64,000 bases of DNA from Actinomycetes bacterium (GCA_021827485.1 JAKAVM010000091.1:5230-69229), one strand, 5' to 3'. Positions 1 through 8,490 are shown, numbered from the stretch's first letter. The notes: a model not told the origin generated them from the letters alone. Made by a program: numbers and translations.

Positions 1-80
1 TCGTCGATTAGCCGAGGAGTTGGACCATCCAGGATAAGTCTGGGGTCAACTCTGGCGGCTTGACGGGCGGCCTCATCTAC
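1..80 (-). pseudogene. Possible continuation (HTH region) of the interrupted XRE-like gene; runs off the window
   Basis: The minus-strand frame directly after the element reads VDEAARQAARVDPRLILDGPTPRLID, which resembles the Q.EAA..LGV.QPR...L.G HTH core. It joins codon-exact to ...KIGGQ at 1435. Confidence 0.4.
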
Positions 81-330
81 TTGACCTCCTCCCAACGACT
101 AAAGTCGTGGGATTCCCTTTAGTGGCGACAACTTACGCTGCCTCCACTTTAGAAGTTCTCGTTGCCACATAAGGTGGACTTCCACGAGCACCGGTCTTAG
201 ACCGGCATGCCCCAGGCCCTGGGGTAGACGCAAGGACTCTTAGTCCTCGGGCCAGTATTACTTGTCCTGCGTTTATGTCGGCATTATTTTCGTGGCCACA
301 CATTACACACTTGAAAACCGCTTGGCTCTC
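65..330 (-). ncRNA. Putative omega/reRNA of the TnpB element (3' end of tnpB, right end and about 16 nt of flanking guide)
   Basis: Position only. In characterised TnpB systems the guide RNA overlaps the tnpB 3' end and right end and reads into flanking DNA. The right-end hairpin lies at 91-111. No covariance model was run and the extent is approximate. Confidence 0.3.
91..111 (-). repeat. Right-end subterminal imperfect palindrome of the TnpB element
   Basis: CCCAACGAC TAAA GTCGTGGG: an 8-bp stem with one bulged A and a 4-nt loop. Confidence 0.6.
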
Positions 331-1365
331 GCGATTCTCCTTTGCTATGTGACTACAACGCCGACATTCTAAGGAACTATACCTAGGATCAACCCTAATA
401 AAGGTTATCTTTGATTGTTTAGCTTTATCTTCTATTCGTTTTTCAAGTTTTCCCCAACAAGATCTCAAGATTGCTCGGTTTAGACCAGCCTTTACTCTTG
501 CTCCATTAGGGAGGAAACTGCCCAAGTTGTCTGGATTCTCTTTCGCCTTGGGTCTTTTCACCATGTTCGTTGTTTGAAGTTTCTCGACCACAATCAGGTC
601 GTAGTTGGCTACAAGTTTTGTGGTAGTTTTCTCCACCCAGTCGTTGCGACGATCAGTAATACGGGCATAGGTTAGGCCAAGTTTGGCCCTTGTCTTAGCT
701 CGTCTCTTAGATCCCTTTACCTGGCGACTCATTGTTACCTGTAAGCTCTTTTGCTTAGCGATAAGTTTGGGTAAAGTAGGAACTTGCAACATCTGTCCAT
801 CACTAGTGGCAAGTGTGTTTGTAACTCCACGGTCTATACCAACTCCATTTCCTGTCTTTACACGAGTCTTACTCTCTGGAATTGAGGTGAAAGAGACATG
901 CCATCGGCCCGCTCGGTCTAGAGTTATTCGTGCCATTCCATATTTGTAAGGTAACGCCCTTGAGAGTCGAAAGCGAACTTCACCAATCTTAGGGATTAAA
1001 ATCTTTGCCCATTTGCCATTTTGTTTTATAACCTTCACGTCTCGGACACAAAAGCTCTCATTTACTCCTGCTTTGCGCCAAGTAGGTCGTCTATGAGTGC
1101 CTTGCCACCAGTTCTTGAGTGCTTTTTCAAAATCTCTAAGGGCTTGTTGTTGAACTGATGATGAACCTTGGCCTAACCACGTGTCTTTGCGTGCCTCGGC
1201 CAGTTGTTTTTGGCGTAAGGTAGGGCCTGGTGTTGGTCCCCACTCAGGACGGTAGAGATTGGTCTGTTCAAGAGCTAAGTTCCAGACATATCTAGCATCA
1301 CTACAATGACCAGATAAGCCTTGGCTTTGAATATCGGTTGGATAGAGGCGATAGCGATGGGACAT
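133..1365 (-). CDS. tnpB: TnpB (OrfB) RNA-guided endonuclease of IS200/IS605 family
   Basis: Starts at MSHRYRLYPT (typical TnpB N-terminus). Has RuvC-I GIDRGV, RuvC-II IVVEKL, zinc finger CRRC...CVMC and RuvC-III NADINAG. The track ORF 133..1578 continues upstream only because the flanking gene happens to be in frame. Confidence 0.85.
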   Translation of the reverse strand: MSHRYRLYPTDIQSQGLSGHCSDARYVWNLALEQTNLYRPEWGPTPGPTLRQKQLAEARKDTWLGQGSSSVQQQALRDFEKALKNWWQGTHRRPTWRKAGVNESFCVRDVKVIKQNGKWAKILIPKIGEVRFRLSRALPYKYGMARITLDRAGRWHVSFTSIPESKTRVKTGNGVGIDRGVTNTLATSDGQMLQVPTLPKLIAKQKSLQVTMSRQVKGSKRRAKTRAKLGLTYARITDRRNDWVEKTTTKLVANYDLIVVEKLQTTNMVKRPKAKENPDNLGSFLPNGARVKAGLNRAILRSCWGKLEKRIEDKAKQSKITFIRVDPRYSSLECRRCSHIAKENRESQAVFKCVMCGHENNADINAGQVILARGLRVLASTPGPGACRSKTGARGSPPYVATRTSKVEAA

Positions 1366-1413
1366 CTGAGGAAAGTTTACCAAAGGGGTATGACATCGAT
1401 GGGCGATCCTTGA

Positions 1414-1433
1414 CCCACGACTAAAGTCATCGG
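1414..1433 (-). repeat. Left-end subterminal imperfect palindrome of the TnpB element
   Basis: CCCACGAC TAAA GTCATCGG: same core and loop as the right-end hairpin, with two stem mismatches. Confidence 0.55.
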
Positions 1434-1434
1434 C

Positions 1435-1578
1435 TTGGCCGCCGATTTTGGTCATGGAGGTCTTGGTGATGTGGGCAACCAATTCTTGCATCAGGATTGA
1501 ACGGATCTTCATGTTCTCAGAGATACCAGGTTCGTTTTCGATGGCATCCCAGATACTCTCGTATCGTTTAGTCTTCAT
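1435..1578 (-). pseudogene. 5' part of an XRE/HigA-like HTH gene interrupted by the TnpB element
   Basis: MKTKRYESIWDAIENEPGISENMKIRSILMQELVAHITKTSMTKIGGQ matches the common N-terminal pattern (F.SVWDAIE....A.NMK.RS.LM) of small XRE-family antitoxin-like proteins. It breaks off at the element's left end. Confidence 0.5.
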
Positions 1579-1610
1579 AGGTATGATTTGTCAAACGTGA
1601 AAACTGGTAT

Positions 1611-2672
1611 CTAATAGACACCACCGCTTGCCGCCCATTCTAAGGCGGAGCGGTTACGGGCATTTTGGATGTCTGCGCCGTGAATTATTGCAAAGGTTGG
1701 ATGCATTGCCAGAATCCGATGCAAGTCCGCCATTAATGGGCGTCCCTGCATTGTCGCTGATTTTCTAGGGTTGATAATTAGGTAAGAGTTATGCCACTCG
1801 GGTTCTTTGGGAGGAATATCAGTGGAATGGCAGTCGTACTCAACCCACATTCCTTGTGCTATCGCATAGCTTAGCAATTCACTGATTGGGTTCTCATGGC
1901 TCCCATCTTCACGAACGTAAACAACACCTTTCCCTGGAATCTCTTCGGGCTGGCGAATGAAGGGATAAACAATCTGAGCTACCGTCGGGGTCCGAGTAAA
2001 CCTAGAACGATATAGCGAAAGTATCGTGCAAATAGTCTCAAGCCAGACCGACTCAGAGTATCCAATCGAGCGCCACAATAGACCACGCGAGGGACCAGTG
2101 TGGCCGAACTGCTTAGGAGGTGGGTCTTCTAATTGGGTGCGCCCATCGCAACCTACGGCAGCATTTACGTACAGGACCTCGTCGCGCCCATCATAATGTT
2201 TTGCGAGTTCGGTTACCATGCGGTCATACGCGCTCAAATAGATCGGACTCCAATACTCATGAGGTTCGACGTTGCCGAGTGTATGGGAAGATACTTTGCG
2301 CATACCCATCCCAAAAAGCCATTGAGGTATAGCTTCATTAAACTCTTCATTAACTCCCCATATGTCCTTCATCCCCGGGATCGATGGCGTTGCAATAGTC
2401 AAGTCCGGGGTGGAAGAACTAAGTACTTCAATCCCGACTCTCTTATTCGCCCGAGCCCAGGGGAGAATTTTTTGATCCAGCGGTTCGAAGTTGAACACAC
2501 CATTTGCCGGCTCGATCTCTGACCACATTACAGATACTACTCCGCCCACTATGTAAGGATTTTCTACAAGCGGCAACCCAGACCGCTGTAGCATTCCATA
2601 GAAGGGGGCTTGGGGGTCGATCTCTCGGACTGCCTCGCCCCCTGGCAACATTGACAGGTTTTGAAGGCTCAT
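1611..2672 (-). CDS. Hypothetical protein, possibly a TIM-barrel glycoside-hydrolase-like protein
   Basis: 353-aa ORF. The motif VMWSEIEPANGVFNFEPLDQKILPWARANKRVGIEV resembles the W..IEP..G.Y.F..LD signature of GH42/GH5-type barrels. No catalytic residues were assigned. Confidence 0.4.
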   Translation of the reverse strand: MSLQNLSMLPGGEAVREIDPQAPFYGMLQRSGLPLVENPYIVGGVVSVMWSEIEPANGVFNFEPLDQKILPWARANKRVGIEVLSSSTPDLTIATPSIPGMKDIWGVNEEFNEAIPQWLFGMGMRKVSSHTLGNVEPHEYWSPIYLSAYDRMVTELAKHYDGRDEVLYVNAAVGCDGRTQLEDPPPKQFGHTGPSRGLLWRSIGYSESVWLETICTILSLYRSRFTRTPTVAQIVYPFIRQPEEIPGKGVVYVREDGSHENPISELLSYAIAQGMWVEYDCHSTDIPPKEPEWHNSYLIINPRKSATMQGRPLMADLHRILAMHPTFAIIHGADIQNARNRSALEWAASGGVY

Positions 2673-2816
2673 TCTAACCCTCCGTAATTCTTTAATTCAT
2701 TTTACCATATAACTATCGGCACAAATGACTTAGAGTATTAGTGGATTTCAACAGGTTTTCCAGTAGGGGCTGGTGAGAGGGGGTTTCCCCGGTAAAGCGA
2801 ACCGCCTAAGCCGATG

Positions 2817-3818
2817 CTACCCGAACTCTATAAGCGAAAAGCTTGCTAGTTTCTCTAGGCGATGCTGGGCATCTACACGCCTAACTGTGCCAGATTTGGA
2901 TCTCATAACGAGCGACTCCGTAGTAGCCCCATGTGGTCCGTAGCGAACACCTTTGAAAAGCTCTCCATCGGTTACACCAGTAGCTGCAAAAAAGCAGTTA
3001 TCTCCTCTGGCCAAGTCATCTGTCCGTAGAACCAGGTTTTCATCGAGACCCGCTTGTCGAATCTTGTTACGCTCTTCGTCGTTTCGCGGCCAAAGCTTTG
3101 CTTGGATTTCTCCCCCCATGCACTTGAGTGCAGCAGCGGAAATGACCCCTTCAGGGGTTCCTCCAACTCCCAGCAAGATGTCTACCCCAGTTTCTGGCCA
3201 AGCAGCGGAGATCGCTCCAGCAACGTCGCCATCTGTTATTAGTCGAATGCGAGCACCAGTATCCCGGACTTCACGAATCAGATCTTTGTGGCGATCGCGA
3301 TCCAGAATCACTGCAGTTAGGTCCCTTACATCTACACCTTTGGCTTTGGCCACCGCCTCAAGGTTTTCTGTAGGCGAGCGATTAATATCTATTGAACCAG
3401 CGGCGTCAGGGCCCACTACTAATTTATCCATGTAGAAACATGGTCCAGGATCAAAAAGGGTCCCTCGCGCACTAGCCACAATTACTGAAAGGGCTCCGCC
3501 GCGCCCCAACGAAGTTAGGTTCGTACCATCAATTGGATCTACGGCTATATCTATCTCAGGAGGGCTTCCGGTGCCTACGCGCTCGCCATTGAAAAGCATT
3601 GGTGCGTTGTCCTTCTCACCTTCGCCGATCACGACGATTCCGTCCATGTGTACTGTAGAAAGGACCACTCGCATTGCGTTGACAGCGGCCCCGTCGGCAC
3701 CTTCCTTGTCGCCTCGACCCATCCATCGAGCAGCTGCCATCGCGGCAGCTTCGGTGACTCGCACCAACTCCATGGCTAGATTTCTGTCTGGAACTTGTTT
3801 ACCTGCTGACATCGACAA
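2817..3818 (-). CDS. glpX: Class II fructose-1,6-bisphosphatase
   Basis: [38 protein letters not shown] and later blocks ([14 protein letters not shown]) are characteristic of GlpX. Length is 333 aa. Confidence 0.9.
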   Translation of the reverse strand: MSMSAGKQVPDRNLAMELVRVTEAAAMAAARWMGRGDKEGADGAAVNAMRVVLSTVHMDGIVVIGEGEKDNAPMLFNGERVGTGSPPEIDIAVDPIDGTNLTSLGRGGALSVIVASARGTLFDPGPCFYMDKLVVGPDAAGSIDINRSPTENLEAVAKAKGVDVRDLTAVILDRDRHKDLIREVRDTGARIRLITDGDVAGAISAAWPETGVDILLGVGGTPEGVISAAALKCMGGEIQAKLWPRNDEERNKIRQAGLDENLVLRTDDLARGDNCFFAATGVTDGELFKGVRYGPHGATTESLVMRSKSGTVRRVDAQHRLEKLASFSLIEFG

Positions 3819-3912
3819 AAAGCCTACATCGAATGTGAGACATCAGGCGACGGATAAAACCTTTAATCGCTTTTTGGCTGGTCAAGTACTGGAAAGTTTG
3901 TAAGATGGAGGG

Positions 3913-5589
3913 ATGGAGTTTGATTTCGCGTCTGGCAAAGTTTGGTCTGAAAACTATAGAAACTCAAAATTGCGTGACTGCGACTTTGAAACCATGTCAG
4001 GAGTTCCTCTCGACCCTTTGTATGGGCCAACCGACCTTCAAGGAAATCCAGTAGAGCCCAAGGAAGATATTGGATTTCCGGGAAGCTATCCATACACGCG
4101 TGGACCGTATGCTTCGATGTACAGAACCCGGCTATGGACTATGAGACTTTTTGCGGGCTTTGGAACCGCAGATGACACAAATGAGCGATTCAAAGATATT
4201 ATTGCCAATGGTGGTAACGGCCTCTCGGTTGCATTTGATCTACCGACTCTGATGGGTCGTGACTCAGATGACCCTCGATGCCAAGGCGAAGTCGGCAAGT
4301 GCGGGGTGGCGATTGATACTCTCAAAGATGCGGAGGACCTTTTTGCTGGCATTGACCTCTCCCAAATCACTACCTCAATGACGATAAACTCTCCTGCCCC
4401 GATGCTTTTGGCAATGTATCTTGTTGCGGCTGAAAATGCTGGCGCGCAGCGCAGCCAACTAGGAGGAACATTACAGAACGATATTCTCAAGGAGTATCAA
4501 GCGCAAAAAGAGTACATTTTTCCTCCTCGGCCGTCGATGAGACTTGTAACCGATGTGATTAGGTTTACGGCCAGTGAGATGCCTAAGTATCATCCGGTTT
4601 CTGTATCTGGTTACCATATAAGAGAGGCTGGAGCGACTGCGGCCCAAGAGTTGGCATTTACCGTTGCAAATGGATTTGCTTATGTAGAGGCGGCAATCAA
4701 GACTGGGTTGAAGGTTGATGAGTTTGCTCCCACTTTGTCTTTTTTCTTTAACGCTCATATCGACTTCTTCGAAGAAATTGCTAAGTATCGGGCAGCAAGA
4801 CGAATATGGGCGCGCTGGCTCAAAGATAGATATAAGGCGACAGACCCCAGATCAATGCAGCTTCGATTCCATACCCAAACTGCTGGTGTCTCTCTGACTG
4901 CTCAGCAACCGGAAGTAAATATCGTTCGTACGGCAATAGAAGCTTTAGCTGGGGTATTGGGCGGGACTCAGAGCTTGCACACCAACTCAATGGACGAGGT
5001 GCTCGCCTTACCAAGTGAGAAAGCAGCCAGGATTGCTCTAAGGACCCAACAGGTCCTCGCTTACGAGACTGGGGTGGCGAACGTTGCCGATCCGCTAGGT
5101 GGATCATGGTTTGTAGAGGCGCTAACAGATGAAATGGAAAAACAAGCCGAGGCAATCTTTGCGAAAATTGATGAACTTGGTGAAGGATCAATCCTTGAGG
5201 GCTGCTTGCGGGGTGTAGAAAATAGTTGGTTCCAAGGCGAGATCGCAGACTCTGCATATGAATTTGAACGCAAAGTATCCGATAATCGAAGAATCGTGGT
5301 CGGCGTCAACGGTTTTACCGAAGGCAACTCTTTAGATGACATGGAGATCTTGCAAATTGGTCCAGAAGTGGAGAAACGCCAACTGGATCGAATCTGGCAA
5401 GTGAAGAAGGACCGTTCGTCCGAGTCGGCAGCTAAGGCCTTGGCTGACTTGGAAGCTAATGCATCGTTGCCAGATGTGAATTTGATGGAATCAATTATCG
5501 ACTGCGTTAGAGCGTACGTAACGGTTGGAGAGATGATTGACTCCTTGGCAAAGGTTTTTGGTCGCTGGGCGGAAAGTCCGGTAATTTGA
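3913..5589 (+). CDS. Acyl-CoA mutase large (substrate-binding) subunit without a B12-binding domain; isobutyryl-CoA-mutase-like signature
   Basis: Methylmalonyl-CoA mutase family blocks are present (YPYTRGPYASMY, GLSVAFDLPTLMGRDSDDP, GGTLQNDILKEY). At the positions of MCM Tyr89 and Arg207 it has Phe (MRLFAGFG) and Gln (YQAQKEYIFPP), as in IcmA. At 558 aa it is a stand-alone large subunit. Confidence 0.8.
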   Translation: MEFDFASGKVWSENYRNSKLRDCDFETMSGVPLDPLYGPTDLQGNPVEPKEDIGFPGSYPYTRGPYASMYRTRLWTMRLFAGFGTADDTNERFKDIIANGGNGLSVAFDLPTLMGRDSDDPRCQGEVGKCGVAIDTLKDAEDLFAGIDLSQITTSMTINSPAPMLLAMYLVAAENAGAQRSQLGGTLQNDILKEYQAQKEYIFPPRPSMRLVTDVIRFTASEMPKYHPVSVSGYHIREAGATAAQELAFTVANGFAYVEAAIKTGLKVDEFAPTLSFFFNAHIDFFEEIAKYRAARRIWARWLKDRYKATDPRSMQLRFHTQTAGVSLTAQQPEVNIVRTAIEALAGVLGGTQSLHTNSMDEVLALPSEKAARIALRTQQVLAYETGVANVADPLGGSWFVEALTDEMEKQAEAIFAKIDELGEGSILEGCLRGVENSWFQGEIADSAYEFERKVSDNRRIVVGVNGFTEGNSLDDMEILQIGPEVEKRQLDRIWQVKKDRSSESAAKALADLEANASLPDVNLMESIIDCVRAYVTVGEMIDSLAKVFGRWAESPVI

Positions 5590-5604
5590 TGTTTTATTCC
5601 TCTG

Positions 5605-6024
5605 GTGGCTGAACCGACCTCGCTTTGGCCGGAAGTCTTTGATGCAGTTGCAGCCTCGGCGACAGTATTAGCGGCCTTTGGAGGAGCAATTGCAGCTGCG
5701 CGATATGGGCGCAGAGCAAATGTGAAGATACGTGCGGAGGCGTATGTTTTGGGTGATAGGACCATAGTTGCGGTCCGACCTTCAGTCCAAGCAGTTGGAT
5801 TATTTTCTCTTCACATTGATGGTAAAGACAGCGCGGTGGTTACCGTAACAGAAGTTGTCAAAGGAAGTGAAGGACTGGAAGATGGTGCATCGTGGACAAG
5901 TAACGGGATATTCGAAAATGATGATCTAGTAGTCTCAGGTGAAACGATAAGAGACGACTATGCTGATCGACGTTGGCCCGGCCAGCTCAAAACTCATCGG
6001 TTGGAGAGTTTCTTGTGGTATTGA
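5605..6024 (+). CDS. Hypothetical membrane-anchored protein
   Basis: 139-aa ORF with a GTG start and one N-terminal hydrophobic helix (AVAASATVLAAFGGAIAAA). No recognisable motif and a weak RBS. Confidence 0.4.
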   Translation: MAEPTSLWPEVFDAVAASATVLAAFGGAIAAARYGRRANVKIRAEAYVLGDRTIVAVRPSVQAVGLFSLHIDGKDSAVVTVTEVVKGSEGLEDGASWTSNGIFENDDLVVSGETIRDDYADRRWPGQLKTHRLESFLWY

Positions 6025-6283
6025 GGCTCATCGCTTGCGTTTCCGGAGAGGGGTATGGATTTGGGCCGATCGTGTATTTGTATTAGCCCGGAAGGTGTAT
6101 AATGAGGATTGATGGCATTGACTAAGAGAGCTAAGGCAGAACAAAACCAATATAGGAGATCCCCCGAAGCTGAGAGAGCTGGGTTCTACGGTCCGACTAA
6201 ACCAACACACGAACGATCCAATCGGGAGGATCAGGACCAAGGATAGCCGTCTATAGAAAACTGTGTTCAAGCTGTCGCCACCG

Positions 6284-8248
6284 ATGCTGTGTGCTGGTCG
6301 GACCCTTTCGCATCTTCGTGTGTCTTCCAACGGGAGGTTTTTTGCCTTTCTGGCAAGCGACTTAGCTGGAACTAAGCTTGTTGTATTGCCAACGGATAAT
6401 AGAGGCAGTGGTCCTGAGTTAGTAGTAGGTTGTGATCCCGCTCCGTCGAGAGCCCATCCGCACGGGGGAGGAGTTTTTGACTGGATTGGCGATTCTAGCG
6501 GACTTATTTATATTGCAGGCAATGGCAACTTATATAGAGTCTCGCTAGATGGTGGGCCCGGCGAACTAATTCTTGATTCAACTCTAGCGGGGTTCGGTGA
6601 AGGCTGCTCACTATCGACTCCAATGGTATCGCCAAGTGGCGACTGGATTGCGCTGACTATTGATGATCGGGTGGTAGTCATTCTATCGTGGGACGGGAAG
6701 GCTATCTCTGAGATGAAGGTCATTTCTTCTCAAGGTGATCGTGGGCAAGGCGATCGTGGGCAGGGCGATCGTGGGTCTGGTTGTTGTATCCCGGATTTTG
6801 TGATGGATCCCTTCTGGTATAGGGATGGTAGCCTGCTCGGGTGGACGCAATGGAATAATCCATCAATGGTATGGGACGAATCACAGATTATCGTGAGGCG
6901 AATTGATTGTCTAAGCGAAGATATTATAGTTCTTTCACGTCCAGAGGTTTCTTACACTCAAGGCAGGTTTTCGCCGGACGGAAGGTATCTCGGATATATT
7001 TCTGACGAGAGTGGGTGGCCGCAATTGTGGGTTAGCGAGCTTAGCTATGATTTTCCAGCTTCTAATACTGGTCTTATTGGATCCATGAGAGTTTCAGACC
7101 AAGAAGGCGAGCATGCAGAGCCAGCCTGGGGTCCTGGGCAACGTTCATTTGAATGGTATGGTGAAGGATCTGAAGCTATTAGTTTCCTACGTAATTATCA
7201 AGGCGATTGGAGCGTAAACAAAGTCTCGTTGGCCGATCCAAGACAAGAAATAAGAATTGCTGATGGTTTTCTTGCGTCATTGGGCACATTCGGAACATAC
7301 ATTGTTGGAATATCGGCTAGAGATGGAGTGATCGCGATTGAGGCAGATCAGGGCGAACCTACGAGTGAGTATGCTTGCTCTGCTTCTAGATATTCTCGCT
7401 CTTTGCGAAGTATAGTTGCGCGCAGTCATGTTGCTGGAATGCCTTATGAGCTTTTTGATATGGTGCAGCAACTAACTTGGGAATCAGATGGCGCACAAAT
7501 CCACGGTCGGCTGATTTTGCCGGAGCCCGATGGAGCTAGTGTGCAGGAGGGGTTCGCAAAACCGCCGGTTTTAGTGTGGATCCATGGTGGACCAATGGGC
7601 CAGCAAAATGCTGAATTTAACTTTAGGATGGCGTATTTCTTAGAGCGCGGATGGGCAATCTTCTTACCGGACTTTCGAGGCTCATCTGGGTGGGGCCGAG
7701 AGTATTCCCGTTCGCTTAAGGGGGGATGGGGCGTAGTTGATATCGACGATATTGCCAGCGGGATGACTTACTTAGCATCTCTTGGGATCTGTGACAGCCG
7801 TTTTTTTGTACCGATCGGGGGCTCATCAGGCGGGACTGCAGTATTACTAGTTATGGCGGAGTACCCCGAACTGTGTGCTGGAGGAATTAGCTTATATCCA
7901 GTAAGTGATTTCGTAGATCTCTCAAAAAGTACACATCGCCTAGAGAGGTATTACAACGATTTTCTGATTGGACCACTCTCTGAATTTGAGGATAGATATG
8001 AGGTGAGGTCCCCACTAAACAATGCAAGTAAAATTTCGGCGCCAGTTTTGATCATGCATGGTGAGAGAGACAAAGTTGTACCTGTTTCGCAATCTCGAAG
8101 ATTGGTAGAAATTTTAGAAGGCATAGGCACACGATGTGTTGTGAAGTTCTATCAAGACGAGGGCCACGGCTGGTCGAGTTTGACCACCACACTAGATGAA
8201 CTCGAAACAACCGAGGACTTTTTGAAGTCAATTATAGGGCTGGGCTAA
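6284..8248 (+). CDS. S9 family serine peptidase (prolyl oligopeptidase / acylaminoacyl-peptidase-like) with an N-terminal beta-propeller
   Basis: The C-terminal alpha/beta-hydrolase domain has the nucleophile motif GGSSGG, then HGERD and DEGHG. The N-terminal half has TolB/propeller-like repeats (SPDGRYLGYISDESG). The track start is 6263; ATG 6284 (MLCAGR) is equally possible. Confidence 0.8.
   Translation: MLCAGRTLSHLRVSSNGRFFAFLASDLAGTKLVVLPTDNRGSGPELVVGCDPAPSRAHPHGGGVFDWIGDSSGLIYIAGNGNLYRVSLDGGPGELILDSTLAGFGEGCSLSTPMVSPSGDWIALTIDDRVVVILSWDGKAISEMKVISSQGDRGQGDRGQGDRGSGCCIPDFVMDPFWYRDGSLLGWTQWNNPSMVWDESQIIVRRIDCLSEDIIVLSRPEVSYTQGRFSPDGRYLGYISDESGWPQLWVSELSYDFPASNTGLIGSMRVSDQEGEHAEPAWGPGQRSFEWYGEGSEAISFLRNYQGDWSVNKVSLADPRQEIRIADGFLASLGTFGTYIVGISARDGVIAIEADQGEPTSEYACSASRYSRSLRSIVARSHVAGMPYELFDMVQQLTWESDGAQIHGRLILPEPDGASVQEGFAKPPVLVWIHGGPMGQQNAEFNFRMAYFLERGWAIFLPDFRGSSGWGREYSRSLKGGWGVVDIDDIASGMTYLASLGICDSRFFVPIGGSSGGTAVLLVMAEYPELCAGGISLYPVSDFVDLSKSTHRLERYYNDFLIGPLSEFEDRYEVRSPLNNASKISAPVLIMHGERDKVVPVSQSRRLVEILEGIGTRCVVKFYQDEGHGWSSLTTTLDELETTEDFLKSIIGLG
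6731..6775 (+). repeat. In-frame 15-nt x3 tandem repeat (QGDRG x3) within the S9 peptidase
   Basis: CAAGGTGATCGTGGG / CAAGGCGATCGTGGG / CAGGGCGATCGTGGG. The copies differ only at synonymous third positions. Confidence 0.95.
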
Positions 8249-8358
8249 CCGGCCTGGTCCTTCACTGTTGACGTCCGTGTTCGACACACAGCCAGGTGGG
8301 TCCCTTCTTCGATTTTTGTAAGTAACAATCGGCCAAGTTGGGTTGCATCTTGACAATC

Positions 8359-8378
8359 GAGAGAGAGAGAGAGAGAGA
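8359..8378. repeat. (GA)10 dinucleotide microsatellite in an intergenic region
   Basis: A direct read of ten GA units, followed by TAGAG and a 6-bp-stem hairpin GAGTAC-N10-GTACTC. It lies about 110 nt upstream of the lipoprotein ORF. Confidence 0.95.
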
Positions 8379-8490
8379 TAGAGTACTTTATAGAAGGTAC
8401 TCTAACGGTTGCTCGTTGACGCGTTCGGCCTGAAGATGTGTTATTTGAAGTGTTTAGATTGTTCTCTTCGCGGGCAATGTTAATGCACCC

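Larger units (their letters stand above)
81..1434 (-). mobile_element. IS200/IS605-family TnpB-only (IS1341-like) element; no tnpA in window
   Basis: A single tnpB ORF is bracketed by related subterminal imperfect palindromes sharing the core CGACTAAAGTC (plus strand 91-111 CCCAACGAC-TAAA-GTCGTGGG; 1414-1433 CCCACGAC-TAAA-GTCATCGG). On the tnpB strand the right end finishes with GGTCAA. Boundaries 81/1434 are inferred from where a flanking XRE-like reading frame can be rejoined in frame. Confidence 0.65.

Noticed and set aside
683-949. 88-aa plus-strand ORF inside tnpB
   Set aside because: It is antisense to a well-supported TnpB coding frame, has no motif and no RBS.
133-1578. Single 481-aa ORF in the track, suggesting a TnpB with an N-terminal HTH fusion
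   Set aside because: TnpB homology starts at the internal MSHRYRLYPT (residue 72). The upstream 48 residues look like the N-terminus of a separate XRE-type gene, and the left-end hairpin lies between them. The open frame is best explained as read-through from a chance in-frame insertion.
2120-5765. Antisense or overlapping ORFs within the GH-like gene, glpX and the mutase gene (for example 2120-2332, 2133-2522, 2953-3435, 2972-3166, 3054-3242, 3571-3903, 3863-4093, 4086-4490, 4471-4758, 4715-4897, 4820-5257, 5061-5765)
   Set aside because: All lie inside, or largely overlap, genes with strong family signatures on the other strand or frame. Their products are low-complexity (Ser/Pro/Arg-rich), typical of shadow frames.
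5605-6024. 139-aa ORF immediately after the mutase large subunit, the right size for the cobalamin-binding small subunit
   Set aside because: It has no DxHxxG cobalamin-binding motif or Rossmann-like pattern, and instead has an N-terminal TM helix. It is kept only as a hypothetical protein.
6028-6330. 100-aa minus-strand ORF in the region upstream of the S9 peptidase, plus a TATAAT box at 6098-6103 with a possible structured 5' UTR of about 150 nt
   Set aside because: The ORF product is Cys/Ser/Arg-rich with no RBS and overlaps the peptidase start. The -10 box has no convincing -35 element or TGn extension, and I could not recognise any riboswitch or sRNA family.
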